From: a virus
Lineage: Duplodnaviria > Caudoviricetes
Reading direction: 5' to 3' (one strand)
Length of the DNA: 40,624 nt
IMG/VR virus record: IMGVR_UViG_3300010362_000010
Span: 1-40,624 of that record
Position 1 is the stretch's first letter; every line of letters begins with the position of its first letter. The notes below the pieces were generated by a model. That model ran no database searches. It was not told where the DNA came from and saw only the letters and a list, made by a program, of their open reading frames with translations. A program made the translations under genes and the position numbers. Of this stretch, positions 16,937 through 26,525 are shown piece by piece.

Positions 16937-19900
16937 TTGATGCCTGGATTCCTGCTCCAGGATGACGCGGTCAAGGCGCGCAAGAACGTTTTCGACGAGT
17001 GGCTCGATGAGCAGAAGCGCAACGCCGAGAGCGCGGCCCAGCAGGTTCAGCAGACCGTCGCCACCGCCACGCAGGGCGTCAGTGACGAGGTCGCGCAGCG
17101 CCGTCAGCAGTTCGATGATTGGCTCGGCCAGCAGACTGCCGCGCCGGCTACGCCAGCGGCTCCACAGCTCGCGCCGGTGCCCTCGAGCGCACCAACGCCC
17201 GTCGCGTCCGCTGAGACGCCTGAGCAGCGTCGGAGCGCATTCCAGGACTGGCTCGACCAGCTCAACCAGCCGCCAGTGGCGGGGTCCGGCGGGGCGGCGA
17301 CTCCCTCGGCGCCGCCCGCCACCGGTCCCGCGCCGATAACGCAACAACCGAGCCAACCGGCAGCGCCCACCGACAATGGGTTCGCGTTCCCGGTTCAGGG
17401 CTACCACAGCCGCATTCAGAACCACTGGGGCGAGGTGCTCGGCGGTAGCGACCTGTTCGCCGACCGTGGTACGCCCGTCGTTGCCATGCGCGGCGGCAAG
17501 GTGCTCGAGTCTGGCTGGAATGACGTTGGCGGCAACAGCGTCCTGATCCAGGGCGATGACGGCAACCAGTACTACTACGCCCACTTCGACCAGAAGCCGA
17601 GCGTGGGCGTCGGCGAGACGGTCAGCGCGGGCCAGTTCCTCGGGCCGGTCGGCAACACGGGCGATGCGTCGAGGACCAACCCGCACCTGCACATCGGGAT
17701 CGGCCCGAACATTCGCACCGGCGCGGACAAGTACGGCGGCACGGGCGGCGACTATGACGCGGTCAGCCTGCTCCAACGCACGCTCGACAACACCGCACAG
17801 GCACCTGTTTCGAGCATCGATGGTCAGCGGCTGCCGTTCGACCTGACCCCGCAAGCATCCGACCGCGTGCGCGGCCAGGCCGAGGCGATCAAGCAGGCCG
17901 CCTCGAGCACGGGCGTACCACCGTCGGTGATCGCGGCGATCATGGACACAGAAGGTGGTGGGCCGCGGAGCGTCAGCCCGGCCGGCGCGATGGGCTTCAT
18001 GCAGGTCATGCCGTTTCACTTCAAGCCCGGCGAGGACCCGTTCGACCCGTTCACCAACATCCTGCGCGGCGCGCAGATCCTGGGCGACAACTTCAGCCGA
18101 TTCGGGACGTGGGCGAAAGCCGCCGCGGCGTACTTCGGCGCGGTCGATGCCAAGGGCAACATCACCGACGCGCGCGACGCGGGTGGCATGACCGGGACTG
18201 GCTACGTCAGTCGATTCCAGGACAACCTGGCGCGCTACGGTGGCGACGTTAGTCAGGCGCTCGGGCGGGCCAGTGACACGCTCGGGCAAGCCAGTCAGGC
18301 GGTTGCTGATCGTGCCGAACAGCTCGCGCGCTCAAGCACGGATCTCGCGCGGCAAACCGCTGACCAAGCGCAGCAAGCGCTCGACCTGCTGAACCAGACG
18401 CGTACTCGAGCGCAGGCCGAGAACGAGCGCTGGCTCGACCAGCGGCGCGCGGACATCGCGCGCACCCAGGCGGACATTCTGGCGCCGCGGCGGTTCGACC
18501 TGTCGATGGCCCAGAACGAGCCCGCCAACGGATTCCTCGCACCGGGCGGACCGGTGGGCGACTACTTCAACCGACTCGGCGCCGCGGCGCAGGCTGCGGG
18601 GCAGCACGCGCTGGCCAATCCGCTCACGCCACTGGTCACGCCTGGTGAGTGGGGTGGCGCGCTGCAAGAGCAGTTCACCAGCGGCACGCCGGCCAGGATC
18701 CTGGCGATGGACCGCGAGGCGACCGACGCGGTGGCTAACGCCGCGATCAATCGGGCCAAAGAGGCGGGCGCGAATCCGACGCCGGACCAGGAGGAGTTCG
18801 TCCGTACGGCACTGAGTGCTTTTGGCCCGTCGCAATTACCACTCATGCTGCTCGGCGGCGAAGGTGCACTGCCGGCGCGCCTTGCTGGTGGGCTTGGGCT
18901 GACCGCTGCCTCAGGGTTGGGCATGGCTGGCAGCGAGCTCGCCGCGCGGACCGTGGGCCTGCCTGAGGAACTCGTGCCGTGGGCGACGCTCGCCGGCGGC
19001 TTTCTCGCACCAGTCGGCGGTGCGCTCGCGACGCGTGGTGTACGCGCCGGACTCAGCACGCCCGAAGCACAGGCATTGCTCCGCACGCGCCAGCGGGGTG
19101 AGGCCGAGGTCGGGCTGGCAATGGGTCGTCCGCAGGGTCCCGAGGTGCCGAGTACGCGCATGTATCACGGGACCGGTGCGGCGTTCGAGACGCCTGACTT
19201 CTACGCCAACAAGGATCTCGCCGAAGCTGGCTTCGACGGCATTCGCCATACGGGCGGGGCACTCGTGGGCATGGCGGATGAGGCGGGGCGGCCGATCACC
19301 CACAACGTCAACGTCATCTTCCCTGAGTCGATGGACAAGATCCGCAACGCGATCAGCATGCGCCAGGGCGGCGCGGCCGACCCGCGCCTGGCGATGCAGC
19401 TAGGAACCACCGCAGCCGGCGGCGCGCTGGGCTACGCGACCGCACCCGAAGACGCGACCCAGGAGGAACGGATGAAGCGCGCGGCCATCGGCGCGCTCGG
19501 CGCCGGCACGCTCGCGTTCGGCGGGCCACGCCTGGCCCAGATGTCGCCGGCCACACGCGCCCAGGCGCAGGATGTAGCGACCTGGCTACGGGCCAGCACC
19601 CCCAGTCAAGCGACCGCGCGCGCGGTGGGGCAGGCGCTCGGACCGCAATCTGGCGGCGAACGGGTCGCCGAGTGGATCTCGTCCAACCTGCTCAGCGGTC
19701 CGGGTCTGGTGTGGAACGTCCTGAACCAGAGCATGCACCTGGGTTGGCAGCCCCTGCTCCGCGCCGTTGAGGGCCATCCCATCGAAGGACTGCGCGGGTT
19801 CCAGGCAACCGTCGCGGCCGTACCCGAAGCGCTCCAGCGCGGGTGGGCCGCCCTCGCGCGCGGTGAGGGGTATGCCGGCGTGGGCGGGCAGCAGTCGCGT

Positions 19901-21334
19901 CCTCTGGCGCGCACCTCGGTCGGGCTCCGTGCCAACCTGGCCGGCGACGCGGTGCTGCGCACACTCAACGAGCACCTGGGCGGCATGCTCGAAGCGCAGC
20001 GTCTGATCCGTGAAGCGGGTGCCACCACGGCGCAAGCGCAGCAGGCCGTGATCGCCCAGAACGCCGGCCGCATCGCCCAGGTGGCGGCCGCCGAGGGCAA
20101 CCGTTCGGCGCTGACCACGGGTACCGCGCGCATGCCCTGGCTGCGTGACCTGGGCACGCTCAAAACGAGCTTGTTACGGGACAGCAACCCGCTCAAACAG
20201 GTCGCCGGCGTGCTCTTGCACGTGGGTATGCCCTTCGCGCGCGTGCCCGAGGAGGTGCTGTACCAAGTCGTACGCAACTCACCGGGCATCGGTCAGCTCA
20301 TCGACGCACTGCAATTCGTGAAGGCCGCACCAGGCGATGCGCGCCATCAGGCGGCCGCCAAAGCCGCACTCAACGCCGCGATGAGTGCCGCGGTGATCGC
20401 GGCAGCGCTGTCCGATCAGATCCGTGGCGGCGACGATCCGGAGCACCCGAACTCGGTCAATGTTGGCGGCCAGTGGCTACCGCTCACGTCGCTTGGCACG
20501 CTCGGCGGGCGCATGGCCGTGACGATGGCCGTGATCGACGGTTTACGCAAGCAGGGCACGGAACCAACGACCACGGCGATGGACCGCATTGCCCATGCGG
20601 TCAACAACGTCGGCAGACTGGCCCAGGAGGAGTACCCGCTAGCTGGCCAGATCCGCCTGCTGTCGCGCATCGGACAGGGCAACCTGACCGGCGCGGCCAG
20701 TGGCTTCGCAAGTGACGTGCTGGCTGGGCTCACGCCCGTCAGTGGCGCCCTGGGCGGCGCCGAGAACGTGGTCGATCCGTACGCGCGTCAGGCCGCCACC
20801 AGTGGCTGGGGCGATGTCTACGAGCCGAACCTGGCGCGTATTCCGGGTGTCGCCAACGTGCTGCCGCCGCAGGTCAACATGCTCACCGGCGAGCCCTTGC
20901 GTCGGCCGAGCAGTGGGCCAGGCGCACTGCTGCGCGTGCAGAACGTGGGCAAGGCAGATTCGCCTCTCGCGCGCGAGATTGTGCGGCTCGAGCGACTGGG
21001 CTATCAGATCGGTGAGCCGAAAGAGCTGCCCACACAGGTCAGCGTTCGTGGCGCGAACATCAAACTCACCCCAGACGAACAGCGCGCTCTGGCGCAGGCG
21101 CGCGGCCAGGAGATCGAGCGTCTGATTGGGGAGCGCATCCGTTCGGGCGACTGGGCCACGTTAAGCGATGACCAGAAGGCCCGGCTGATTGCGCGTGCAT
21201 TGAATCGAGCAGGGGCGCACAATACGGTCACCTGGCGGCGGATGACACCTGCAGGTGAGCAGAGCGAGCGGATTGCGCAAGGCCAGCGCGTCGTCGGTCG
21301 ACCCGTGTTTACTGCGCCAGGAAGGGTAGCCTGA
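16937..21334 (+). CDS. Large internal virion (ejection) protein with M23 peptidase and SLT lytic transglycosylase domains
   Basis: M23: FPV, H..GSDLFA..GTPVVA..GG.V, YYAH, HLHIG. SLT: IMDTE...SPAGAMGFMQVMP..DPFTNILRGA. 1465 aa. Confidence 0.85.
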   Translation: MMPGFLLQDDAVKARKNVFDEWLDEQKRNAESAAQQVQQTVATATQGVSDEVAQRRQQFDDWLGQQTAAPATPAAPQLAPVPSSAPTPVASAETPEQRRSAFQDWLDQLNQPPVAGSGGAATPSAPPATGPAPITQQPSQPAAPTDNGFAFPVQGYHSRIQNHWGEVLGGSDLFADRGTPVVAMRGGKVLESGWNDVGGNSVLIQGDDGNQYYYAHFDQKPSVGVGETVSAGQFLGPVGNTGDASRTNPHLHIGIGPNIRTGADKYGGTGGDYDAVSLLQRTLDNTAQAPVSSIDGQRLPFDLTPQASDRVRGQAEAIKQAASSTGVPPSVIAAIMDTEGGGPRSVSPAGAMGFMQVMPFHFKPGEDPFDPFTNILRGAQILGDNFSRFGTWAKAAAAYFGAVDAKGNITDARDAGGMTGTGYVSRFQDNLARYGGDVSQALGRASDTLGQASQAVADRAEQLARSSTDLARQTADQAQQALDLLNQTRTRAQAENERWLDQRRADIARTQADILAPRRFDLSMAQNEPANGFLAPGGPVGDYFNRLGAAAQAAGQHALANPLTPLVTPGEWGGALQEQFTSGTPARILAMDREATDAVANAAINRAKEAGANPTPDQEEFVRTALSAFGPSQLPLMLLGGEGALPARLAGGLGLTAASGLGMAGSELAARTVGLPEELVPWATLAGGFLAPVGGALATRGVRAGLSTPEAQALLRTRQRGEAEVGLAMGRPQGPEVPSTRMYHGTGAAFETPDFYANKDLAEAGFDGIRHTGGALVGMADEAGRPITHNVNVIFPESMDKIRNAISMRQGGAADPRLAMQLGTTAAGGALGYATAPEDATQEERMKRAAIGALGAGTLAFGGPRLAQMSPATRAQAQDVATWLRASTPSQATARAVGQALGPQSGGERVAEWISSNLLSGPGLVWNVLNQSMHLGWQPLLRAVEGHPIEGLRGFQATVAAVPEALQRGWAALARGEGYAGVGGQQSRPLARTSVGLRANLAGDAVLRTLNEHLGGMLEAQRLIREAGATTAQAQQAVIAQNAGRIAQVAAAEGNRSALTTGTARMPWLRDLGTLKTSLLRDSNPLKQVAGVLLHVGMPFARVPEEVLYQVVRNSPGIGQLIDALQFVKAAPGDARHQAAAKAALNAAMSAAVIAAALSDQIRGGDDPEHPNSVNVGGQWLPLTSLGTLGGRMAVTMAVIDGLRKQGTEPTTTAMDRIAHAVNNVGRLAQEEYPLAGQIRLLSRIGQGNLTGAASGFASDVLAGLTPVSGALGGAENVVDPYARQAATSGWGDVYEPNLARIPGVANVLPPQVNMLTGEPLRRPSSGPGALLRVQNVGKADSPLAREIVRLERLGYQIGEPKELPTQVSVRGANIKLTPDEQRALAQARGQEIERLIGERIRSGDWATLSDDQKARLIARALNRAGAHNTVTWRRMTPAGEQSERIAQGQRVVGRPVFTAPGRVA

Positions 21335-22929
21335 TGCCACTCACGGTCGGCCCCGACCCTCAGAATCCCGGCAAGCTGATCTGGATCGATTCCGCAACCG
21401 GTCAGCCGGCGACGCAAGTCGGTCCTGGTGAGCCGCTCACGGTGCCGTCGTCATCGGTCGCGACCACGCCCCCCGCAGGATCGAAACCAACCGGACTTGC
21501 GGACCTGCTCAAGCAACAAGGCGAGGGCTGGACTGCCACCGGCAACGCCGCACCCAAACTCGATAACGACGGCATGCCGGTGCCGGGTGTGTACACCATC
21601 GTGCTGGCTGGGCCGAACGGTGCGCAGCGCATCGCCACGGTGTATTCAGCGGACACGGGCCAGGGGCCAACGCAGTTCGTCAGACCTGACGCCGACTTGC
21701 CCAATGCCAAGTTCAGCATCGTGGCCGTCGAAGACTCGATCAAGCCGCCGACCACGTCGCCCGAAGAGAAGAACGCGAACGTCGCCAAGGCACAGGCTGA
21801 CGCTGCGACCGCGCAGGCCAACGCCGCGGTCGCCGACGCGGCGCTGAAAAAAGTCCAGGAAGATGAGCGCGAGCGTCAGTACAACCAGGCGCACGGCAAT
21901 GGCTACCTGACCCATGAAGAGCTGCGCAAGCTCAATCAGGACGCCGCGCAGCAGGGACTCGACGCACAGCAGGTCGCGTTGCGACGCAGTGAGATCGAGA
22001 ACAACAACAGGAACACCGTGCGGTCGAACGAGATCGCCGCGATCAACGCCCAGACCTCGGCCCTCAACGCTCAATCGCAGGCGCAAGCGCAGCTCGCGCG
22101 GACAAAGTACGAGGAGGGCCAGCTCGGACTCGATGAGGCCAAGTTCGCGTGGCAGAAGTCGCAGGACGAGATCAACCAGCAGAACGCCGCGTCCAAGATC
22201 AGACTCGACCAGCTCACGCAGCAGCAGGCCAACGAGCTCGCCCAGGCCACGCTCGAGCAGCGTAAGGCTGAGGCTGCGCAGACCCAGCAGACCGCCGCCA
22301 CGACGGCGGCCGCCACGACCGCGGCCAGCGTGTTCGGCACCGAGCGTCAGGCACAGACGGCGGCCGGCACGGTCGGCGAGAACCTGCTCAGCAACCGCGC
22401 GACGGCGACCAACAACCTGCTCAACAACATCCTGAGTGGTGCCGCGGGCATGTCGCAGGGGAGCGCTGGACGCTACGGCATGCTCGGCGGCGGGCTACAA
22501 ACGCAACTGCCGGCCAACTTCGGCAGCCAACTGCTGTCGGGCGTGATGGGCACCACGGCGCAGCAGTTTGGTGGTCAGTCGACGCTCGACGCCGCGGCGC
22601 AGATGGTGCGCAACGCCGCGCCGGGCGCGGAACTCACGCCGCACGGCCAGGTCGCGATGGGCATCATTCATCAGATCTTCGACCGCTTCCCGCAGCTCCA
22701 ACCGAAGACGACGCCGACGCCAACGCCGACACCAACGCCCAGGGCGACCGGAGGTGGCTTTCCCGCACCGGGGGCGCAGTACAACGCGACGAGCCAGCCG
22801 TTCGGGCCAAATTTCGGCGGCGGGCAGGCGACGGGCGCGTTCGGTGGATTTTCCGCACCGGCCGTCCAATCGGGTATTCCGGAAGGCACGAATCGCGGCG
22901 CCGCGCCGACGATCGTGATCAACGCGTAA
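21334..22929 (+). CDS. Putative internal virion/DNA-ejection protein
   Basis: 531 aa, Gln/Ala-rich coiled coil; coupled to both neighbours. Confidence 0.55.
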   Translation: MPLTVGPDPQNPGKLIWIDSATGQPATQVGPGEPLTVPSSSVATTPPAGSKPTGLADLLKQQGEGWTATGNAAPKLDNDGMPVPGVYTIVLAGPNGAQRIATVYSADTGQGPTQFVRPDADLPNAKFSIVAVEDSIKPPTTSPEEKNANVAKAQADAATAQANAAVADAALKKVQEDERERQYNQAHGNGYLTHEELRKLNQDAAQQGLDAQQVALRRSEIENNNRNTVRSNEIAAINAQTSALNAQSQAQAQLARTKYEEGQLGLDEAKFAWQKSQDEINQQNAASKIRLDQLTQQQANELAQATLEQRKAEAAQTQQTAATTAAATTAASVFGTERQAQTAAGTVGENLLSNRATATNNLLNNILSGAAGMSQGSAGRYGMLGGGLQTQLPANFGSQLLSGVMGTTAQQFGGQSTLDAAAQMVRNAAPGAELTPHGQVAMGIIHQIFDRFPQLQPKTTPTPTPTPTPRATGGGFPAPGAQYNATSQPFGPNFGGGQATGAFGGFSAPAVQSGIPEGTNRGAAPTIVINA

Positions 22930-23813
22930 TGGGTGTCTGGACGCAGAACCCGGTCAGTGGTCGCTCGGAGTGGCGCGAGGAGTTTCCCGACACACCGGCG
23001 GGGCAGCAAGCCGCACAAGACAGCACCAACCAGCGCGCCATGTCCAGTGGTGGCAATCCATCCGCCAATCAAGCTGGCAACCAGTCCGCCGATCAGGCCG
23101 GTCAGCAACTGACCACACTGCTCAACGCAATCGCGTCGGGCAATGCTCAAGCGTTTGATGAGGCTGTCCGCCAGTTCAACGTGAGTTTTGGTCTCGATCA
23201 GGCCAAGTTCAGCGAAGCCATCCGTCAGTTCAATGAGAACCTGGGTATTGCGAAGTCCGGTGTGACCGGCACCTATGAAGGCCAACCGACCTTCCCGGCG
23301 TTGACTTCATACGCCAATCAGTTCGGGACGTGGGGCGTGCCGCAACAGGGCCAGCAGACGCTCGCGGCGAACCAGCAGGCGTATGCGCAACAGTTGGGCG
23401 CCATCCAGGCCGCATCCCAGCTGCAGGCCAACCCGTTCCGCCAGGCCGAGGTGATTGGCCAACTCGGGCCGTTGCTCGCCGGCCGTGGCGTGGCCGGCTT
23501 CCAGGCGCCCGGTCAGGCGACCGGTCAGACCGACTTCAGTGGCCTGGGCAACATGCAGCGGCTGATCGACGACATCCGCGGCGGCCCCGGCTCGGTCAAC
23601 TCGCAGTCCGTGCAGGGCATCCTCGACGCCATCCCGACGCCGAACAAGGTCAACTCGACCGAGTTCCTGCGCTCGAGCCCGCTGACGCAAAATCTGCTGC
23701 TATCGGGCATGAACCAGAAGTACGGGATCGACCCGCAGGACGCGCTGAACCAGATCAAGAACACGCTGCCCGCGTTTACTGCACCATCGACCTTCGGGCA
23801 AGTACGTGGTTAG
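22929..23813 (+). CDS. Putative internal virion protein
   Basis: 294 aa, Gln/Gly/Asn-rich, EAVRQFN/EAIRQFN repeat. Confidence 0.55.
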   Translation: MGVWTQNPVSGRSEWREEFPDTPAGQQAAQDSTNQRAMSSGGNPSANQAGNQSADQAGQQLTTLLNAIASGNAQAFDEAVRQFNVSFGLDQAKFSEAIRQFNENLGIAKSGVTGTYEGQPTFPALTSYANQFGTWGVPQQGQQTLAANQQAYAQQLGAIQAASQLQANPFRQAEVIGQLGPLLAGRGVAGFQAPGQATGQTDFSGLGNMQRLIDDIRGGPGSVNSQSVQGILDAIPTPNKVNSTEFLRSSPLTQNLLLSGMNQKYGIDPQDALNQIKNTLPAFTAPSTFGQVRG

Positions 23814-23824
23814 GGGGTAGGCAC

Positions 23825-23962
23825 ATGCCACTGTTAGGCGGCAAGAAAGCCAAGACCAAGGCGGGTATATCGCAGAACATCCGCACGGAGATGAAGGCTG
23901 GCAAGAAAGGCGCCGCCGACGCGCTGCGGCGCCTGCTCTGGGAGCGCCAGCAGCGTCCATGA
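23825..23962 (+). CDS. Small basic phage protein (MPLLGGKKAKTKAGISQNIRTEMKAGK...)
   Basis: Purine-rich sequence upstream; ATGA overlap with the scaffold gene. Confidence 0.55.
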   Translation: MPLLGGKKAKTKAGISQNIRTEMKAGKKGAADALRRLLWERQQRP

Positions 23963-24876
23963 CCCAGTCCGATCGTGGCATTCATCCCGACCTGCTCGCC
24001 GAGGAGCTGACCGCGCGCCCGAGCGAGTCCGAGCCAACCCCACGGCCGGCGCGCGGGCGTGCGAAGTCGGCAGTACCTCCCGAGCCGCCGGCGCCCGAGT
24101 CTGAGCCTCCACAGACACCCGCGGAGCCGGCGGCTGAGGGAGCAACCACTGCCACTGCTGCGGAGCCCGCTCCTCCTGCGGAGTGGCTCGAGCAGCTCCG
24201 TTCCGAGCAGGATCCCGAGAAGATGCTCGCGATCCTGACGAAGAACCTGCCCAAGGACCGCATCGCGCGCGACGAGGTCCTCGCCGGCTACATCGGCGAC
24301 CGCGTCAAGCACGGCATCCGCGACACCATCGCCGCGCAGGAGCGCGAACGCACCGAGCGCGAGCGCCAGGAGGCGTACCAGCGCGGCGACCTGTACACGC
24401 TCGGCCAGTACGCGGCGACCGACCTGCAAGCCCAGGAGCAGGCCCAGAAGCAGCAGGCCGAGCTCCAGCTCAGCCCGTTCATGTCCCTGGTCCAGAAGTG
24501 GCAGGAGAAACTGCCCACGGCCGTCCAGGCCGAAGTCTCGGGCAAGACGTTTGCGCCCCAGGGAACCCTCGAGGAAGGGTTTCTGGCCTATCTGGACGCG
24601 GTCAAGGATGCCTCGATCAAGCACGGATTTGACGAGGAGTTCAAAAAGCGCGAACCTGCGCTGCGGAAGGCGATGTTGTCCTCCACCGTCGGGAGCGAGT
24701 CCACTCCCGAGCTGGAAAGCGGACGGTCCCCCTACATCCGCGAGATCACGGATGAGCAGATCGGGGCCATGTCGCTCGAGGAATACAACGAGCACTTCGA
24801 CGAGCGCGGGCGACCGAAAAACGGAATACAGGTGCGCTATACCCGCGCGATCAACCCGCGCGAAGTTCAGCGCTGA
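23959..24876 (+). CDS. Probable capsid scaffolding protein
   Basis: Acidic Pro-rich N-terminus, coiled coil, C-terminal IGAMSLEEY; directly upstream of the capsid gene. Confidence 0.7.
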   Translation: MTQSDRGIHPDLLAEELTARPSESEPTPRPARGRAKSAVPPEPPAPESEPPQTPAEPAAEGATTATAAEPAPPAEWLEQLRSEQDPEKMLAILTKNLPKDRIARDEVLAGYIGDRVKHGIRDTIAAQERERTERERQEAYQRGDLYTLGQYAATDLQAQEQAQKQQAELQLSPFMSLVQKWQEKLPTAVQAEVSGKTFAPQGTLEEGFLAYLDAVKDASIKHGFDEEFKKREPALRKAMLSSTVGSESTPELESGRSPYIREITDEQIGAMSLEEYNEHFDERGRPKNGIQVRYTRAINPREVQR

Positions 24877-24910
24877 TCTCCCCGGTCGGCAGTGACCGGC
24901 CGGGGCGCTG
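24868..24910 (+). promoter_or_regulatory. GC-rich hairpin directly upstream of the capsid SD
   Basis: cagcg..ccccggtcgg-cagtga-ccggccgggg-cgctg followed by AAAGGA. Confidence 0.5.
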
Positions 24911-24926
24911 AAAGGAATACGAGCCA

Positions 24927-25781
24927 GTGGCTACTGGTGCAAGCGAGTTCGTAGACAAGACGATCGCCGATGGCGTGTTCTCGCCCGATGTGTGGTCCAA
25001 GCAGGTCCTGCGCGCGACCGAGTCGAACCTGGTCATCGCGCGCAGCGTGAACCGCGGCTTCGAGGACGACGCGAGCGTGGGCAAGACGGTCAAGGTCGCG
25101 TCCATCGGCAACCTGGCCGCGCGAGCCAAGGCCGAGAACACCGCGATCGTGTACGAGACCGTCGCCGAGACCGCGACCACGATCACGCTCAACCTGTGGA
25201 GCTACGCCGCGGTCGGCATCGAGGACATCGTCAAGGTCCAGAGCATCATCGACGTACAAAATGAGTATCAGCGCAAGCTCGGGTACGCGCTCGCGCGCGA
25301 CATCGACACCGCGCTCGCGACCGACTTCGCCGGCTTCTCGACGACCGTCGGCACGCTCGGCACGGCGGCGACAGATGCCAACGTGCTGGCAGCGGTGACC
25401 GCGCTCGACAACGCCGACGCCCCCCAGGACGACCGTTTCTTCATCATGTCACCGGCCGAGAAGGCGAACAAGCTGGCCCTCGACCGCTGGTCGAACGCGC
25501 TGTACATCGGCACCGGGAGCCAGCCCGTGCGCAACGGCATGCTGGGCGACATGTACGGACTGAACCTGGCGGTGACCACCAACCTCGTGAAACCAGCCGG
25601 CGGTCAGGCGCGCAATGCGATCTTCCACCGTGACGCGCTCGCGCTTGTTGTTCAGCGGAGCCCGAAGACGCATCTGTTCTACGATATTGATTTCTTTACT
25701 TGGAAACTCGCTTCGGAAGTAATCTACGGGCATCAAGAAATGAGAGACGCGTTCGGAGTCTTAATTAACGGAGCGAGTTAG
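24927..25781 (+). CDS. Major capsid protein (HK97 fold inferred)
   Basis: PDVWSKQVL, GKTVKV, GYALARDID, GDMYGLNL..TTNL, IFHRDA, VIYG; strong SD and strongly biased codons. Confidence 0.9.
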   Translation: MATGASEFVDKTIADGVFSPDVWSKQVLRATESNLVIARSVNRGFEDDASVGKTVKVASIGNLAARAKAENTAIVYETVAETATTITLNLWSYAAVGIEDIVKVQSIIDVQNEYQRKLGYALARDIDTALATDFAGFSTTVGTLGTAATDANVLAAVTALDNADAPQDDRFFIMSPAEKANKLALDRWSNALYIGTGSQPVRNGMLGDMYGLNLAVTTNLVKPAGGQARNAIFHRDALALVVQRSPKTHLFYDIDFFTWKLASEVIYGHQEMRDAFGVLINGAS

Positions 25782-26470
25782 TAGCCGCGAAATGCCATTC
25801 GAATGCGTGCGCGAGACTGTGGAGTACGCATGTGGTGACCGCGAATGAACCGCGCGTACGACTGATTCTCCGGGTGTGGTATGCCACGGCCGCCATGCAC
25901 CTTGACTGGCAGGCCACACCCGCACAGGCAGAGCGGTGCGGTGCCGTAATCAGCCCTATGTACGAGTTTGGGTCGCTCCGCAGGTGTCCAACCGGCCAGG
26001 ATGTCCTCGTCGTAGACACGGAGAGAGGCAAGTTTGGTGCGGCATGCGTCAATGACCGCTTGATCGCGCATCGATCCACGGGCTATCTCGTTTACGCCTC
26101 GTGCCCAGACTTCGAACTGATGAGCCTTTTTCGCACGCAACGGAAAGCGAGTAAACAGATCAATCACGTCCAGGCACTCAGCGATGCGCCAGATGTTGAA
26201 TTCGATGATGGGCTTCGCGTTCCGTGTGCCGGTCGAATCATTGAGTCGCAGTTTGCCCATTCCAAGAGTGGAGTGGATCAGCTCCATGACGGCCACGTCA
26301 TCGGCCCGCTGGCCCAGACTAAATCTGGGCACCGTCGATGGCCGCCATTGAGGATGAGTTCTATTCCTGTTCTCCAGTAGGAGGAACGAACCTTCACCAT
26401 CGGTAAAGCCCGCGAACCAGTGACCAAAGGATGAATCTATGGAATCAAGCACATTTGAGGGTATCAGCAC
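25778..26470 (-). CDS. Free-standing LAGLIDADG homing endonuclease with C-terminal CxCGCG...RFIRGH module
   Basis: WFAGFTDGEGSF, F.LGQRADD, LG.G, FTRFPL.AKK..QF..W; lower GC; GTG start at 26470 is tentative. Confidence 0.9.
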   Translation of the reverse strand: MLIPSNVLDSIDSSFGHWFAGFTDGEGSFLLLENRNRTHPQWRPSTVPRFSLGQRADDVAVMELIHSTLGMGKLRLNDSTGTRNAKPIIEFNIWRIAECLDVIDLFTRFPLRAKKAHQFEVWARGVNEIARGSMRDQAVIDACRTKLASLRVYDEDILAGWTPAERPKLVHRADYGTAPLCLCGCGLPVKVHGGRGIPHPENQSYARFIRGHHMRTPQSRARIRMAFRGY

Positions 26471-26501
26471 AAAGGTTGCCGCTTTGTTGAGCGCTCCTTT
26501 G

Positions 26502-26525
26502 GTGCCGGTCAACGGCGCGGCCTGA
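26502..26525 (+). pseudogene. Relic duplicate of the capsid 3' end (VPVNGAA*)
   Basis: gtg ccg gtc aac ggc gcg gcc tga resembles the capsid end VLINGAS*; its TGA overlaps the ATG at 26525. Confidence 0.7.

Noticed and set aside
8067-18289. Long antisense ORFs (e.g. 8067-9497, 12141-13475, 14349-15773, 16778-18289)
   Set aside because: Shadow frames typical of high-GC coding DNA, opposite genes with clear motifs.
16937-21334. Tape measure protein
   Set aside because: No tail tube or tail-assembly chaperone genes nearby; the position before scaffold/capsid and the domain content fit an internal ejection protein better.
25778-26525. Group I intron or intein in the capsid gene
   Set aside because: The capsid ORF ends with its own stop, the endonuclease is antisense, and there is no room or motif for a ribozyme core or intein.
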